From NCBI RefSeq assembly GCF_963921235.1, contig NC_086097.1, forward strand, positions 235,416,001 to 235,480,000: DNA of 64,000 nt, written 5' to 3'. This document shows, piece by piece, positions 11,530 to 24,077 of the stretch. The translations under genes and the position numbers were made by a program. Position 1 is the first letter of the stretch, and every line of letters starts with the position of its first letter. Below the pieces are notes generated by a model. The model saw nothing but the letters and a program-made list of their open reading frames with translations. It was not told the origin of the DNA and did no database searches. The DNA comes from Mobula hypostoma. Lineage: Eukaryota.

Positions 11530-12909
11530 CCTTGGGATGCGCTTTCTGTCCTGTGTAAGTTTCTAGCAGTAGCTTAGTTCGTTTCAGAGGTATTTGAATA
11601 AACAGTCATTTGTAGTCGTGTACAGAGATCACTGTTAAAGCTGAGCCTGTGACCAACGCCATTTTCAGTCTCACGCCCACCACTTGTGGAGTGATCCATA
11701 TTACTCTTTGATCATTTGTCTCTTTCATGTTGTGAAGTTGCAGACAAGACAATTCACTTTCATCAGATTTGTTTTCATCAGAACTGCCTTCATTCATTTT
11801 GTGTACCTTGTTGTACTTTCCTTTCTGGGGTTTCTTGTTTCTCTGTATTTTGACCTTTTTCTGCTGTTTACTAGCTTTGCATACTCTGCCAGTGTGGCCC
11901 TGTTTGCCACAGTTTCTGCATTCTTTGTCTTTAAACCATCAGTCATCTGGGTCATGTGACCTGTTCTCACAATGGTAACATTTCTTTCCTTCATTTCCGT
12001 TCAGTGACATTTTATTTGTAGCATATTCCAGAGATTTTTGTTGTATCTCGGAAGCATCTCGTGCGGCTGTTTCCATTGATATTGCAATGTTCAGTGCCTT
12101 CTCAAATGTAAGGTCTCTTTCACACAGAAGCTTCTTCTGTGTGGTTTCACAGTGCATGCCACACACTAAGCTGTCCCTCAATGTGTCCGATAGACCAGCT
12201 CCAAATTGACAATGTTCTGATAATTTGCGCAATTCAGTACAATATTCAGGAATGCTTTCACTTTTGCTCTGATTCCGATTGTGAAATTTAAATCTTTCAG
12301 CAATAACCAGTGGTTTGGGGTTTAAGTGCTGTTGGAGGGTGGCTACTATTTGCTTGAACGTTTTGTCAGCTGGCTTTTCAGGGGTTAACAAGCTCCGTAG
12401 CAGCCCGTATGTTTTTGCTTCCATAATACTGATTAAGACGCTGGCTTTCTTTTCATCAACACCATTAGCCTCACAATATAACTCCACTCTTTCAATGTAA
12501 GTTGCCCAGTCTTCAATGCCAGTATCAAATGCTGTAATCGTTCCAATCGTCGCCATCTTTGTTATGTTATTAAGCCCCATTCTCCCCTCATTTTCCTTTT
12601 CGACTCAAGTGTCCTTTTTGCTAGCACTATGAGTGCACTCCATCTAGATGTGTGTGTCACTTCTTTGTATCTCCCTTCTAGGGCAGGCAGACCCTCAGCC
12701 CCTGGGGGTCAGCGCCGCTGTGGTCTCAGCTGGCCGTGCTGTGGCTCCGACTGTGTCTCTTGGTCTCCTGACGTTCCTGACCTGCGGCTGTGCTTCCATT
12801 TCCTTTCAACCTCGCAACCTCACTCTGCCTTGTCTCGTACCTTGTGCTCTTCTTCCGAGTGTCGTTATCAATTAAAACACAGCGTTCTGATACGATGTAG
12901 TTTCATTAA

Positions 12910-12920
12910 CCTCGTCGCCA
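12910..12920 (-). promoter_or_regulatory. Primer-binding site of the Gypsy element (probably tRNA-Ser GCU)
   Basis: TGGCGACGAGG lies 3 nt after the LTR end and is complementary to a ..CCUCGUCGCCA tRNA 3' end. Confidence 0.75.
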
Positions 12921-13870
12921 ATTTGTTGTGTATGTGGCCAGATTACACAACAAAACTATAAATAAAAACCCTGGAGATGGGAGCTAAGTTAACAGGGTTG
13001 TTTACTGACTGAAACCGAACTGAACACACACGTACAGATCAATATGCGTCTAATAACACATGCTCAATATGTGCCTAATGGCGCATGCAATGACGTGTCC
13101 CTACACCATAAAGTAGTTCCATATTATACAGTAGCTATACAGTACAGCACTGAAAAAGCCCCTTTGGCCCATCTAGTCTATGCCAAACCATTTAAACTAC
13201 CTACACCCTTCAACTTGCATTGGGACCATAGCCCTCCATGATGATAAACTAATTCTGATATGGGTCTCTACTACAAACTGAGAGTAGGAATGGGACAGGG
13301 AGAGGGAAAGGGAGACACTGTTTAGTGATCAATAAACCAATTGCTTGAAATCAACTGACTTGGCCTGGTGGCTCAGGGCTGGGTATGTCTGCAGCTGTGC
13401 CTCTCACCACCCTGGTACTCCTTCTCACTCAACTGTCCCACACCCCTTCAGTGGAGCTCCACTCTTGCCATTCCCAACATCCTTTGTTCCTGTCAGATTT
13501 TCAAACTCACTCTCCGCTTCACGTTGACAAGCTTAGTACTGTGCAAAATTCTTAGTTCCCTAGTTGTCTGCTGTACATGTGCCTCAGACATTTTGCACAG
13601 CACTGAATAGGATAAGTGTAAATGAGAGATTGATGGTTAGCATAACCCTTAAGGGTCAAAGGGCCTGTTCCTGTGTGTCTTTTTTTTTATTCCGTTATGC
13701 TTCTAGCTGATAATTAGAACAGTTGGCAGAGACTTTTAAATTACTTTATGTAATTGTGGTAAGATTACATGGCTAACACTAACGAAAACTAACAAACCGT
13801 TGCTGTTAATTTTAAATCATGAGTGGAGGAATTCCTCCAGACTTGGTCCAATTTTGTTTGAGTGAAACCA

Positions 13871-14801
13871 CCTGGATGAGGAAGTGGAGGGATGGATTAG
13901 TAAGTTTGCTGATGACACAAAGGTTGGAGGTGTTGTGGATAGTATGGAGGGCTGTCAGAGGTTACAGTGGGACATTGATAGGATGCAAAACTGGGCTGAG
14001 AAGTGGTAGATGGAGTTCAACCCAGATAAGTGGTTCATTTTGGTAGGTCAAATACGATGGCAGAATATAGTATTAATGGTAAGACTCTTGGCAGTGTGGA
14101 GGATCAGAGGGATCTTGGGGTCCAAGTCCATAGGACGCACAAAGCAGCTGTGCAGGTTGACTCTGTGGTTAAGAAGGCATACGGTGTATTGGCCTTCATC
14201 AATCGTGGGATTGAATTCAGGAGCCAAGAGGTAATGTTGCAGCTATATAGGACCCTGGTCAGACCCCACTTGGAGTACTGTGCTCAGTTCTGGTTGCTTC
14301 ACAACAGGACGGATGTGGAAATGTGGTGCAGAGGAGATTTACAAGGATGTTGTCTGGATTGGGGAGCATGCCTTATGAAAACAGGTTGAGTGAACTCGGC
14401 CTTTTCTCCTTGGAGCGACGGAGGATGAGAGGTGACCTGATAGAGGTGTACAAGATGATGAGAGGCATTGATTATGTGGATAGTCATAGGCTTCATTCCA
14501 GGGCTGAAATGGTTGCCACAAGAGGTCACAGGTTTAAGGTGCTGGGGAGTAGGTACAGAGGAGATGTCAGGGGTAAGTTTTTTACTCAGCGAGTAGTGAG
14601 TGTGTGGAATGGGCTGCCGGCAACAGTGGTGGAGGCAGATACAATAGGGTCTTTTAAGGGAATTTTAGATAGGTACATGGAGCTTAGAAAAATAGAGGTC
14701 TATGTGTAAGCCTAGTAATTTCTAAGGTAGGGACATGTTTGGCACAACTTTGTGGGCCGAAGGGCTTGTATTATGCTGTAGGTTTTCTATGTTTCTATGT
14801 T
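13871..14801 (+). mobile_element. CR1 LINE, 5' truncated
   Basis: KFADD region, LVRPHLEYCAQFW and FFTQRVV; ends in (TTCTATGT)n. Confidence 0.95.
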
Positions 14802-14922
14802 CCTATGAAATACACTGGGGAGTTACTGCATAACATCTCTTCCAGCATTTCAATAAATACTTCTGTCCAATTATTTGAAATAGTACAGTTTTCACAATCT
14901 ATGATGAACAATGCTGTTGTTA

Positions 14923-16071
14923 AGCAACATACATCAAAGTTGCTGGTGAACGCAGCAGGCCAAGCAGCATCTATAGGAAGAGGCGCAATCGATGTTTCAG
15001 GCCGAGACCCTTCGTCAGGACTAACTGAAGGAAGAGTGAGTAAGGGATTTGAAAGCTGGAGGGGGAGGGGGAGATGCAAAATGATAGGAGAAGACAGGAG
15101 GGGGAGGGATAGAGCCGAGAGCTGGACAGGTGATAGGCAAAAGGGGATACGAGAGGATCATGGGACAGAAGGTCCGGGAAGAAAGACGGGGGGGGGGTGA
15201 CCCAGAGGATGGGCAAGAGGTATATTCAGAGGGAGGGAGAAAAAGGAGAGTGAAAGAAAGAATGTGTGCATAAAAATGAGTAACAGATGGGGTAGGAGGG
15301 GGAGGTGGGGCCTTAGCGGAAGTTAGAGAAGTCAATGTTCATGCCATCAGGTCGGAGGCTACCCTGACGGAATATAAGGTGTTGTTCCTCCAACCTGAGT
15401 GTGGCTTCATCTTTACAGTAGAGGAGGCCGTGGATAGACATGTCAGAATGGGAATGGGATGTGGAATTAAAATGTGTGGCCACTGGGAGATCCTGCTTTC
15501 TCTGGTGGACAGAGCGTAGATGTTCAGCAAAGCGGTCTCCCAGTCTGCGTCGGGTCTCACCAATATATAAAAGGCCACATCGGGAGCACCGGACGCAGTA
15601 TATCACCCCAGTCGACTCACAGGTGAAGTGATGCCTCACCTGGAAGGACTGTTTGGGGCCCTGAATGGTGGTAAGGGAGGAAGTGTAAGGGCATGTGTAG
15701 CACTTGTTCCGCTTACACGGATAAGTGCCAGGAGGGAGATCAGTGGGGAGGGATGGGGGGAACGAATGGACAAGGGAGTTGTGTAGGGAGTGATCCCTGC
15801 GGAATGCAGAGAGAGGGGGGGAGGGAAAGATGTGCTTAGTGGTGGGATCCCGTTGGAGGTGGCGGAAGTTACGGAGAATAATATGTTGGACCCGGAGGCT
15901 GGTGGGGTGGTAGGTGAGGACCAGGGGAACCCTATTCCTAGTGGGGTGGTGGGAGGATGGAGTGAGAGCAGATGTACGTGAAATGGGGGAGATGCGTTTA
16001 AGAGCAGAGTTGATAGTGCAGGAAGGGAAGCCCCTTTCTTTAAAAAATAAAGACATCTCCCTCGTCCTAGA
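14923..16071 (-). mobile_element. Penelope-like element: GIY-YIG endonuclease plus pseudo-LTR
   Basis: ORF 16056-15313 with VIYCVRCSRCGLLYIGETRRRLGDRFAEH; 13-bp TSD AATGCTGTTGTTA at 14910-14922 and 16072-16084. Confidence 0.95.
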
Positions 16072-16177
16072 AATGCTGTTGTTAGTTACGTTTATATCAA
16101 TTTTAAATTGATCTCTAAAAAACTGAGAAAGGAAGAACTGTTTATTTTTTGAAAGTAAAGGATAGAGATCTCGCAGC

Positions 16178-18047
16178 CAATGTTCCCTCTAATTTGTAAT
16201 GACCAGTGTGCACAGAAATATTGTGCTGTGCAATTTTTTGCCCAGTGAGAGCATGTGCACACTGAATTTTATATATAGAGGTATTCATTTTAACAGCTAG
16301 CAAAACGCTGTCAATAAGAACTTTGGTCTCTTCTGGGTTTGATCATTTTCAGTCTTGTTCATCTGCACTCTCAAAAAACATGCACTACAAGCCTGTAGCA
16401 GGTAATGAGGGATTTTTGCACTAGAGTTTTAATGCATCATCCATATGCGATTTACTTGCTAAATGACACTTCAAAAAGTCAAGTCTCCAAATATCACTCC
16501 TCTTCTTTCCGCTTACAACTTTTGCATCGCGACAATGCTTGCAGGTAACACCAAATCTGTATTGGATAAAGATATTTATCACAGCTGCACGTTGCTGACC
16601 TCATGGGCTTTTGGTATAGCAGTTTCGACTGTTTCATTCCACTTTAAATGAACTAGCAGTTCTTTTGCACTTCATGCCCTTTGCTTCTTTGGAATTCACC
16701 ATAGCGAATCAACAATTTCTTCAAAGAAAAACAATATAAATAGGCCAGTTCTAAAATCTGCAGGAAGATTATCGCAAACTGTCGCTGTGTCACTGGATTC
16801 TGGATTTCTTGACAGAGAGACCACAGTCAGTCCGTGTTGGCAGGAACATCTCTGACTCCATCACACTGAGCACCGGATCCCCACAAGGCTGTGTGCTTAG
16901 CCCATTGCTGTTTACACTGCTAACACATGACTATGCAGCTAGATTCAAGGAGAACCTGATCATTAAATTTGCAGATGATACCACAGTGGTGGGGCTTATC
17001 AGCAAAAATGATGAAACAATGTACAGGGAGGAGGTCAAACACCTAGAGAGCTGGTGCAGGGATAACAACTTGATGCTTAATGTCATCAATACCAAGGAGA
17101 TGATCGTCGATTTCAGACGGTCTCAGCCTGAGCACACACCCCTCAGCATCAGCGGCTCCACAGTGGAGAGAGTGGAAAACATCAAGTTCCTTGGGGTGCA
17201 GATCTCGGACAATCTCACCTGGTCCAGGAACACCACTGGGATTGTGAAACGGGCCCAGCAGAGATTGCACTTTCTGAGGAAGCTTAAACAAGCATCACTC
17301 CCCACTAACATCTTAACTACATTCTACAGAGGCGTGGTTGATAGTGTGCTGACCTTTTGCATCACAACCTGGTACTCCAGCTGCAGTGCTGTTGACAAAA
17401 AAGCCTTGCAGAGGGTGGTTAGGGGAGCAGAGAAGGTTATTGGGGTCTCTCTACCTTCAGTCCAAGACCTCTTTCAGAGTCGACGCCTCCAGAAGACATA
17501 ATACATCATTAAAGACCCCTCATACCCTCTCCATGAACTGTTTGTTCTTCTGCCATCAGGCAAACGTTACAGGAGCATCAAAACTAAAACCACAAGGCTA
17601 CTGAACAGCTTCCTCCCACAGGCAATAAGACTGCTAAATAGCTGCTCCATCTGACTCTGCTTTGGACACTTTTAACTTGCACTGGACACTTATAACTTGA
17701 TTTTAACTGACATGTGGCTGTTGTGCTTTACTATTTATTGTTATGTTTATTATTTAGTGTTGCGTTTGTTATTTTAAGATTGCACTGCTCCTGAGAAACG
17801 CTGTCTCATTCTGCCCTGCAGAGCTGATGTACGGTTAGAACGACAATAAAGTTTTTTGAATCTTGAATCTTGAATCTTGAAACTTCACGTTGTCAACACC
17901 ATCCACATCAGAAATCAGAAAAGGAAATGTGATTGTGTACCATCATGAATTATACTTAACATGTCGATGAGGTGAAGGGTGACAGCCTTTTGTGCACAGT
18001 TTAAATTCCTTTGTGTGCACACGTGCACACCTTAAAAGCAAACATTG
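16178..18047 (-). mobile_element. Non-autonomous hAT-like DNA transposon
   Basis: Imperfect TIRs CAATGTTCCCTCTAA / TTAAAAGCAAACATTG; 8-bp TSD-like CTCGCAGC / CTTACAGC. Confidence 0.7.
16781..17881 (+). mobile_element. Rex1/Babar LINE, 5' truncated, nested in the hAT element
   Basis: ORF 16809-17501 with [23 protein letters not shown]; tail (AATCTTG)n. Confidence 0.95.
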
Positions 18048-18239
18048 CTTACAGCCAATTTACTCTCAATAGTCTTAAGAACATAGAGCAGTAAAACTCA
18101 GTACAATAACTTTGGCTCACGATGTTGCACCAAGCTTATAAACTATTCTAAGACAAAAAAGGACTTAGTGTTTTCCTGGTGTATATGACAAATAATTTTT
18201 TTTCAGGTTTTAAGCTGGGTTCAGGTATCAATTATAATC

Positions 18240-19950
18240 AATGACAAACTCTGCTATCAACTTGAGGGATGTGCCTGGATATCTCTAAACTGGTGGTATT
18301 TATAATCCCATTTTCCGTCCCTCCTGATTGGTTAGTCCTCATCCAATCAGGTTTCTGCTTTCCCACCTTGTCTATAATCGAATTCCAGTTCTTAGAGCGA
18401 GACCATTGTCTTTGTTAAAATTCTTTTTCTTGAATTTTATTTCAATAGTTTCCTTTACTCGGCTGTTCCAAAAGCCATTGGCGTGGCACAATAGTTTTGT
18501 GCCGTCAAAGTCAATCCGATGGCCATTCTGAATGCAGTGTTCTGCTACTGCTGATTTCTCTGAGTAACCCAAACAAATGCATCTCCTGACCGCCTTGATG
18601 CGGGTTTCCACTGTGTGTCTTGGCTGGCCTACGTACGCTGCTCTGCATTCACAAGGAATCTTGTTAGTGCCAGCTGACCTAAGTCCTAGGTCATCATTGA
18701 CCCGCATAAGATGTGACTTGAGATTCTTTACGGGTTTGTGGATGGTATTAGTTCAGTATTAGTTCAGGGGGAAGGGAGGAGAAGATAGCGGCGCGACGCA
18801 GTGCGCACGGCCGCTCTGAAATGATATCGTATTTGTGAACTAGGATGCCGTGCACAAGCCTGATTTGCTGGAGACAGCCGTGAGAAGCACGGAGGAACAT
18901 CTGGAGAAACTTCTGAAATGCCTGCTTCACTGCCACTGCTACTGTGCGATCGAGAATCTCTGGAGGAGAAGGCCCCAAATCCTCGGCTTTGCCTATTGCC
19001 TGTTTCCGGGGCCGGGGTCGAAGCGCTCGGCAGAGATGGTGCTCGGTGCATCGGTGTCGGAGGGCTGGTCGGAGGCTCGAAGTTTTCAGACGGACTTAAG
19101 AGTCAGCTGTGGTCGGGTGCTTCCAGGGTGCTGCATCGGCAAGTTTGCGGCGCTGGAGGTTCATGGCAGGAAGAGTTTTTTTTCTTCCTTCTACCGTCTG
19201 CGTGAGATGATGGGAGTTTTGAGAGACTTTGAGACTTTTTTTACCGTGCCCATGGTCTGTTCTTAATCAAATTACGATATTGCTCTGCACTGTAGTAACT
19301 ATATGTTATAATTATGTGTTTTTTGTCAGTTTTTCAGTCGGTTTGCCTTGAGTTTCTGTGATATCATTCTAGACGAACATTGTATTATTTATTAATGCAT
19401 GCGTTACTAAATGACAATGAAAGAGGACTGCGTGTCCTCATAATCTAATCTAATCTATTTCTTCAGGATCCTGGCGATCCTTCCAGAAGCCGTGGAAATA
19501 CAGAGAAGACAGGCAGTAGCAAAAGGTTCCTCCTCATTGTTGGGTTGCTTGGTTTTCTGTCAGCCCTGTTAAGGGCCCTGTTGACTTCCTTTACCTTGCA
19601 GCCATTCTGTAGGAGTGTCACGCATAATCATCTTATTTCCTTGGGGAGACTCTCCGGGACCAAAGTAGTTTTCACATGGTTAACCAAACTAGAGAGAACC
19701 ACTCTACATTGGGAGCCATGATTGTGGCTGTTGTTGCTGAGGTGTAAGTCTGTGTGAGTGAATTACTGATAGACCACCATCTGAGGCTACGACCCAGTCT
19801 GCATTGTATTAGAATGTCCAGGAATGGGAGGAAACCATTCTTCTCTTTCTCCATTAGAAATTGTATGTTTGGATGTATACTGTTGAGGAATCTGTCACTA
19901 TTGCCTGGCTTCCCTACATTTCCATGGTTTCTGGAAGGTTGTATATAGTA
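18240..19950 (-). mobile_element. Second Penelope-like family: decayed RT C-terminus plus GIY-YIG
   Basis: LNSIHPNIQF..LPFLDI and KIPCECRAAYVGQ..SAVAEHC; interrupted at 18760-19455. Confidence 0.85.
18760..19455 (+). mobile_element. Non-autonomous retroposon: GC-rich head plus LINE-type tail (CTAAT)n
   Basis: Head GAAGATAGCGGCG.. is similar to 63636-64000; microsatellite tail; short TATT duplication at the flanks. Confidence 0.65.
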
Positions 19951-19960
19951 TACATGCTTT

Positions 19961-20345
19961 ACATAGAAACATAGAAACATAGAAAATAGGTGCAGGAGTA
20001 GGCCATTCGGCCCTTCGAGCCTGCACCGCCATCCGGTATGATCATGGCTGATCATCCAACTCAGAACCCTGTACCTGCCTTCTCTACATACCCCCGATCC
20101 CTTTAGCCACAAGGGCCATATCTAACTCCCTCTTAAATATAGCCAATGAACTGGCCTCAACTGTTTCCTGTGGCAGAGAATTCCACAGATTCACCACTCT
20201 CTGTGTGAAGAAGTTTTTCCTCATCTCAGTCCTAATAGGCTTCCCATTTATCCTTAAACTGTGACCCCTCGTTCTGGACTTCCCCAACATCGGGAACAAT
20301 CTTCCTGTATCTAGCCTGTCCAATCCCTTCAGAATTTTATATGTG
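19961..20345 (-). mobile_element. CR1 3' end
   Basis: (CATAGAAA)n tail; highly similar to 26091-26470. Confidence 0.95.
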
Positions 20346-21659
20346 TAAATGTACTTTTAAATGTACATTTATTACTTTTATACTAATAAATGTACTTTGA
20401 ATTTAATACCCAAGGTACCTAGATGTCTGCAGACACAATTATCCTGTTTCCATCAAACTTACAAACACAACTTTGTCTTTCGTAAATGCTGTGCAATATC
20501 TTGGAGGCTGTATCACGAGCTGTTTACTCTCATCCTACTGTAGCTGTAGGTGGTACCTCCAATCTATCTTCCCCGTCTCTTCCAACACATCTGAAAATTC
20601 ATCAGCAGCTGCTTCTCATTGGGTGTAGAACTTAAATCTGCACTAACCTGTGGTGTCATCAGGTTCTCTACCAGCACTGTAATCAGTTCCCTTTGATGGA
20701 CTGTTTGGCTACTAATTTGTGCACAGTTCAATTCAAATACAATGCACTCTGCTTTGCACCTCTTTTTTCCTTCATTGGGATTTTCATTCTCAGCTCGAAT
20801 TGGCCCTCAGCGTGTCCACCAGCAGCCTGGACTCGGAGATATGGGATTGAATCATACCACGATAGCTGAGAAAATTAAATTTAAGTAAGTACATGTCCTC
20901 TCCAGGTTAGAACAAGGTTCTGTTCCTGACAATCATTAGTAATCTGATCCATTTGGATTTTGCAAATGTGATCACCCAGCAATATATTTAAATAAAAACT
21001 TGGGCCAAGCAAAGGCATTTAACTCAGCCATTTTTGTATAATCACACATGCATGATTATATAAATTGTTTAGTGAATTTTGAAGTATTTGTAGCTGATTC
21101 TGTATTTTTCTAGAAGCTTCTTAGCTTTCCTGCAGCAGGTATCAAACTGCTTTATAAGTTAATTTTTATTACTGGAATGTTGTTACCTTTATTGTCTGAG
21201 TATGAAAAAAACATGATTTCTTTGTCTTTCTATTTTTCCTAGTTCATTCCCTGTTCTCGAAAAATCCTGATAAATGTCTGTAAGCAACACAATTCAGACC
21301 TTGACTTCCAAACCACTGGATTGCAAGATCACTGGATCTGGCAGTTACAATAATCAGTTAACCTTCCAGCGCAGCCTTAGAATGGGAGGGCAAAGCAGAG
21401 CACATGGGGACCTCCCACATGGTCACACATTGCATGTGAGACCTGGGTCAAACCTGGGCTGTGTCAGGTCACACCTGGGGAAAGAGAAATGTCAACATTT
21501 CATGTCAGGATCAGTTTATCAGTTCAAGTAAATGACTCTTTATGCACATTATGTGGAATAAGTTAGTTCCTGCCTGCCTATATCTGTTATGTATCTCTTT
21601 TTTCTTGATATCTCTCAATAACCAAGATTCCATAAATTTGTTACCCTTATCTCTATTCT

Positions 21660-22930
21660 GACAGGTACATAAGAACTCTGTACTCTCAAAATTTCAGTTT
21701 TGAAGGCCTTTGCCAGTAAATAACCTTACCCAGTTCACACTTGCCACATTGTATCTGATATCATCAAAATTGAGCCTTTCTCTAATTTAGAATATCAACC
21801 AGAGGACCAGACCTATTCTTTTCCATAATTACCTTGCATAGTAGGAGATCTAGTATCACACTCTCTAGCTGGGACTTTTATGTACTGATTAAGGAAATTT
21901 TGCTGAACACATTTGACAAGCTCTTTCCCCTCCAGTCCTTTTTACAGTATGGGAGTCCCAGTCATTATCTGGGAAGTTAAAGTCACCTGTTACAACAATC
22001 TTTGTTGAAATCACCTACTATCAGTACCTTATCTAAGAAAGGATGTGTTGGCATTGGAGAGGTTCCAGAGGAGGCTCATGAGAATTATTCTGAAATGAAT
22101 GGTTTAATGGATGAGAAGCATTTAGGAACTGAAGTTTAGAAGAATGGGTGGGGGGGGGGGCTTAGATAGAGTAGATGTGGAGAGGAAGTTTCCTATTGGG
22201 GGAGTCTTGGAACAGAGGGCACAGCCTCGGAATAAAGGGATGTTCATTCATAACAGAGAAGAGAAGGAATTTCTTTAGCCGATGGGTAGTGAATCTGTGG
22301 AATTCATTGCCACAGATGGCTATGGAGCCCAAATCATTGTGTATATTTAAAGTTGAACGGGGATATCTTCGATCAAGTCCTCAGCGTTCTTAAGTGGGAA
22401 GGTGAACAGCCAAAAATTCCGGTCCATGTAGGTACCAATGACACAGGGGAGGATGAGTGACAAGGTTCTGCATAGAGTTCACGGACTTAGGTGCTAAGTT
22501 GAAGGGCAGGACCTCCAGGGTTGTGAGCTCAGGATTGCTACCCATGTCACGTGATAGTGAGGGTCAAAGTACAGCTTAATATATGGCCAAGGAGTTGGTG
22601 TAGGAGGGGGGCATGATTTTTGAATCATTGGGTGCTCTTCCAGGGGAGGTGGGATCTGTACAGAAGGGAGAGTTAGCACATGAACTGGAGGGGAACTAAT
22701 ATCCTAGCTGGAAGGTTTGATAACGCTGCATGGTGGTGTTTAAACTAGAGTCTCAGGGGCATGGGAATCAGAGTGCCAGAAGAGTAAGTGGAGAGGTTGT
22801 GGAGACCTCAATGTTGGTAAGACTTCAGACAAAGTTAGAAATGTTGTTAAGACCTCAGACAAAGTTAGGAATCAAAACGTTGAGCATGGAGCGACTGGTG
22901 TCCTGAGCTGACAATATTTCAATGCAGGAA
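21660..22930. mobile_element. Mosaic of decayed CR1 fragments on both strands (includes an ORF1 esterase-like region)
   Basis: Endonuclease-region remnant (-), RT 3' end (+, NFFSRWVVNLWNSLP) and ORF1-type sequence similar to 45000-45400. Confidence 0.7.
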
Positions 22931-24077
22931 GTATGGTAGTGCTAAAGAGGAGGTATATGGTTTACAAACAGAAGAATGTGTAGTGAGAAGAGGCTGTGAT
23001 GGGGCAAAATAGCAGTAAACAGAATGAGTTACAATGTAAAAGGCAGACAACATTGAAAAGGGAGAATACAGTACTGAAGGTGTAATATTTGAATGGGCGC
23101 AGTATAAGGAATAAGGTGGATAAACTTGCATCACAGAAGCAGATTGGCAGATATGATGCTGAAGGCATCACTGAATTATAGCTGAAAAATTATAGCTGGG
23201 ACCATAATGTCCAAAGATACACAGAAAGGATACATAAGGATACAAAGGATAGGCAGTAAGGCAAGTGAGACAGCACTACTCTGTTGGTGAAAAATGAAAT
23301 CAAGTCATTAGAAAGAGGTGACATCAGATCAGAAGGTGTTGACTCATTGTGGAAAGAGCTAAGGAACTGCAAGAGTAAAAAGACCCTCATAGGGGTTATA
23401 TACAGACCCTCAAACAGTACTAAGGATGTGGCTGACAAAATGCAAAGGAAGAGAGAAAATGCATGCCAAAAGGGCAAGGTTACAGTAATCATAGGGGACT
23501 TCAATTGCAGGTAGATTGGGAAAATCAGGTTGGTGCTGGATTACAGAAGAGGAAATTTCCAGAGTGCCAACGAGATGGTTTTTTAGAGCATCTCGTGGTT
23601 GAGCTAACTATTCTGGATTGGGTGTTGTGCAATGAACAGAACTGATTAGAGACCATAAGGTTAAAGAACCCTTTGGGGGTGGTAATCATTATGTGAATGA
23701 ATTCACCCTGAAATTTGAGAAGTAGAAGCTAAAGTTGGATTACAGAGGCATGAGAGAGGAGTTGGCCAGAATTGATTGGAAAAGAACACTGGCAGGGATG
23801 ACAGCAGAGCAACAGTGGCTGGAATTTCTGGAAGCAATTCAGAAGGCACAGGATATATACATCTTAAAGAAGAAAAAGTATCCTCAAGGAAAGATGACAC
23901 AAACATGGGTAACAAGGGATGTCAAAGCCAACATAAAAGCCAAAGGGAAGGCATATAATAGAGCAAAAGTTAGTGGGAAGTTAGAGGATTGGGAAGCTTT
24001 TAAAAGCCAACAGAAGGCAACTGAAAAAGTAATTAAGAAGGTAAAGATGGAATACGAAAGTAAGCAAGCCAATAATA

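Larger units (their letters stand above)
9345..13129 (-). mobile_element. Gypsy/Ty3 (Mag-like) LTR retrotransposon, 5' half: LTR, PBS, gag, protease
   Basis: LTR TG..CA at ~13129-12924; PBS TGGCGACGAGG at ~12920-12910; gag ORF 12580-11939 with CCHC knuckle remnants; protease ALVTGSALTVIS at ~11660, resuming at 9514-9345 (LYVLKNGGPPLLGHEWL..LDW); no RT, integrase or 3' LTR seen. Confidence 0.9.

Noticed and set aside
14795..15079. ORF ending ..NNWTEVFIEMLEEMLC
   Set aside because: It is half Penelope pseudo-LTR and half unique DNA, with no splice or homology support.
20790..20865. Minus-strand acceptor followed by YRGMIQSHISESRLLVDTLRANSS*
   Set aside because: Could be a terminal exon, but it is unrecognised and unsupported.
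21243..21279. 37-nt exon-like segment (strong acceptor, GTAAGC donor)
   Set aside because: Isolated, with no recognisable peptide and no supportable link to other exons.
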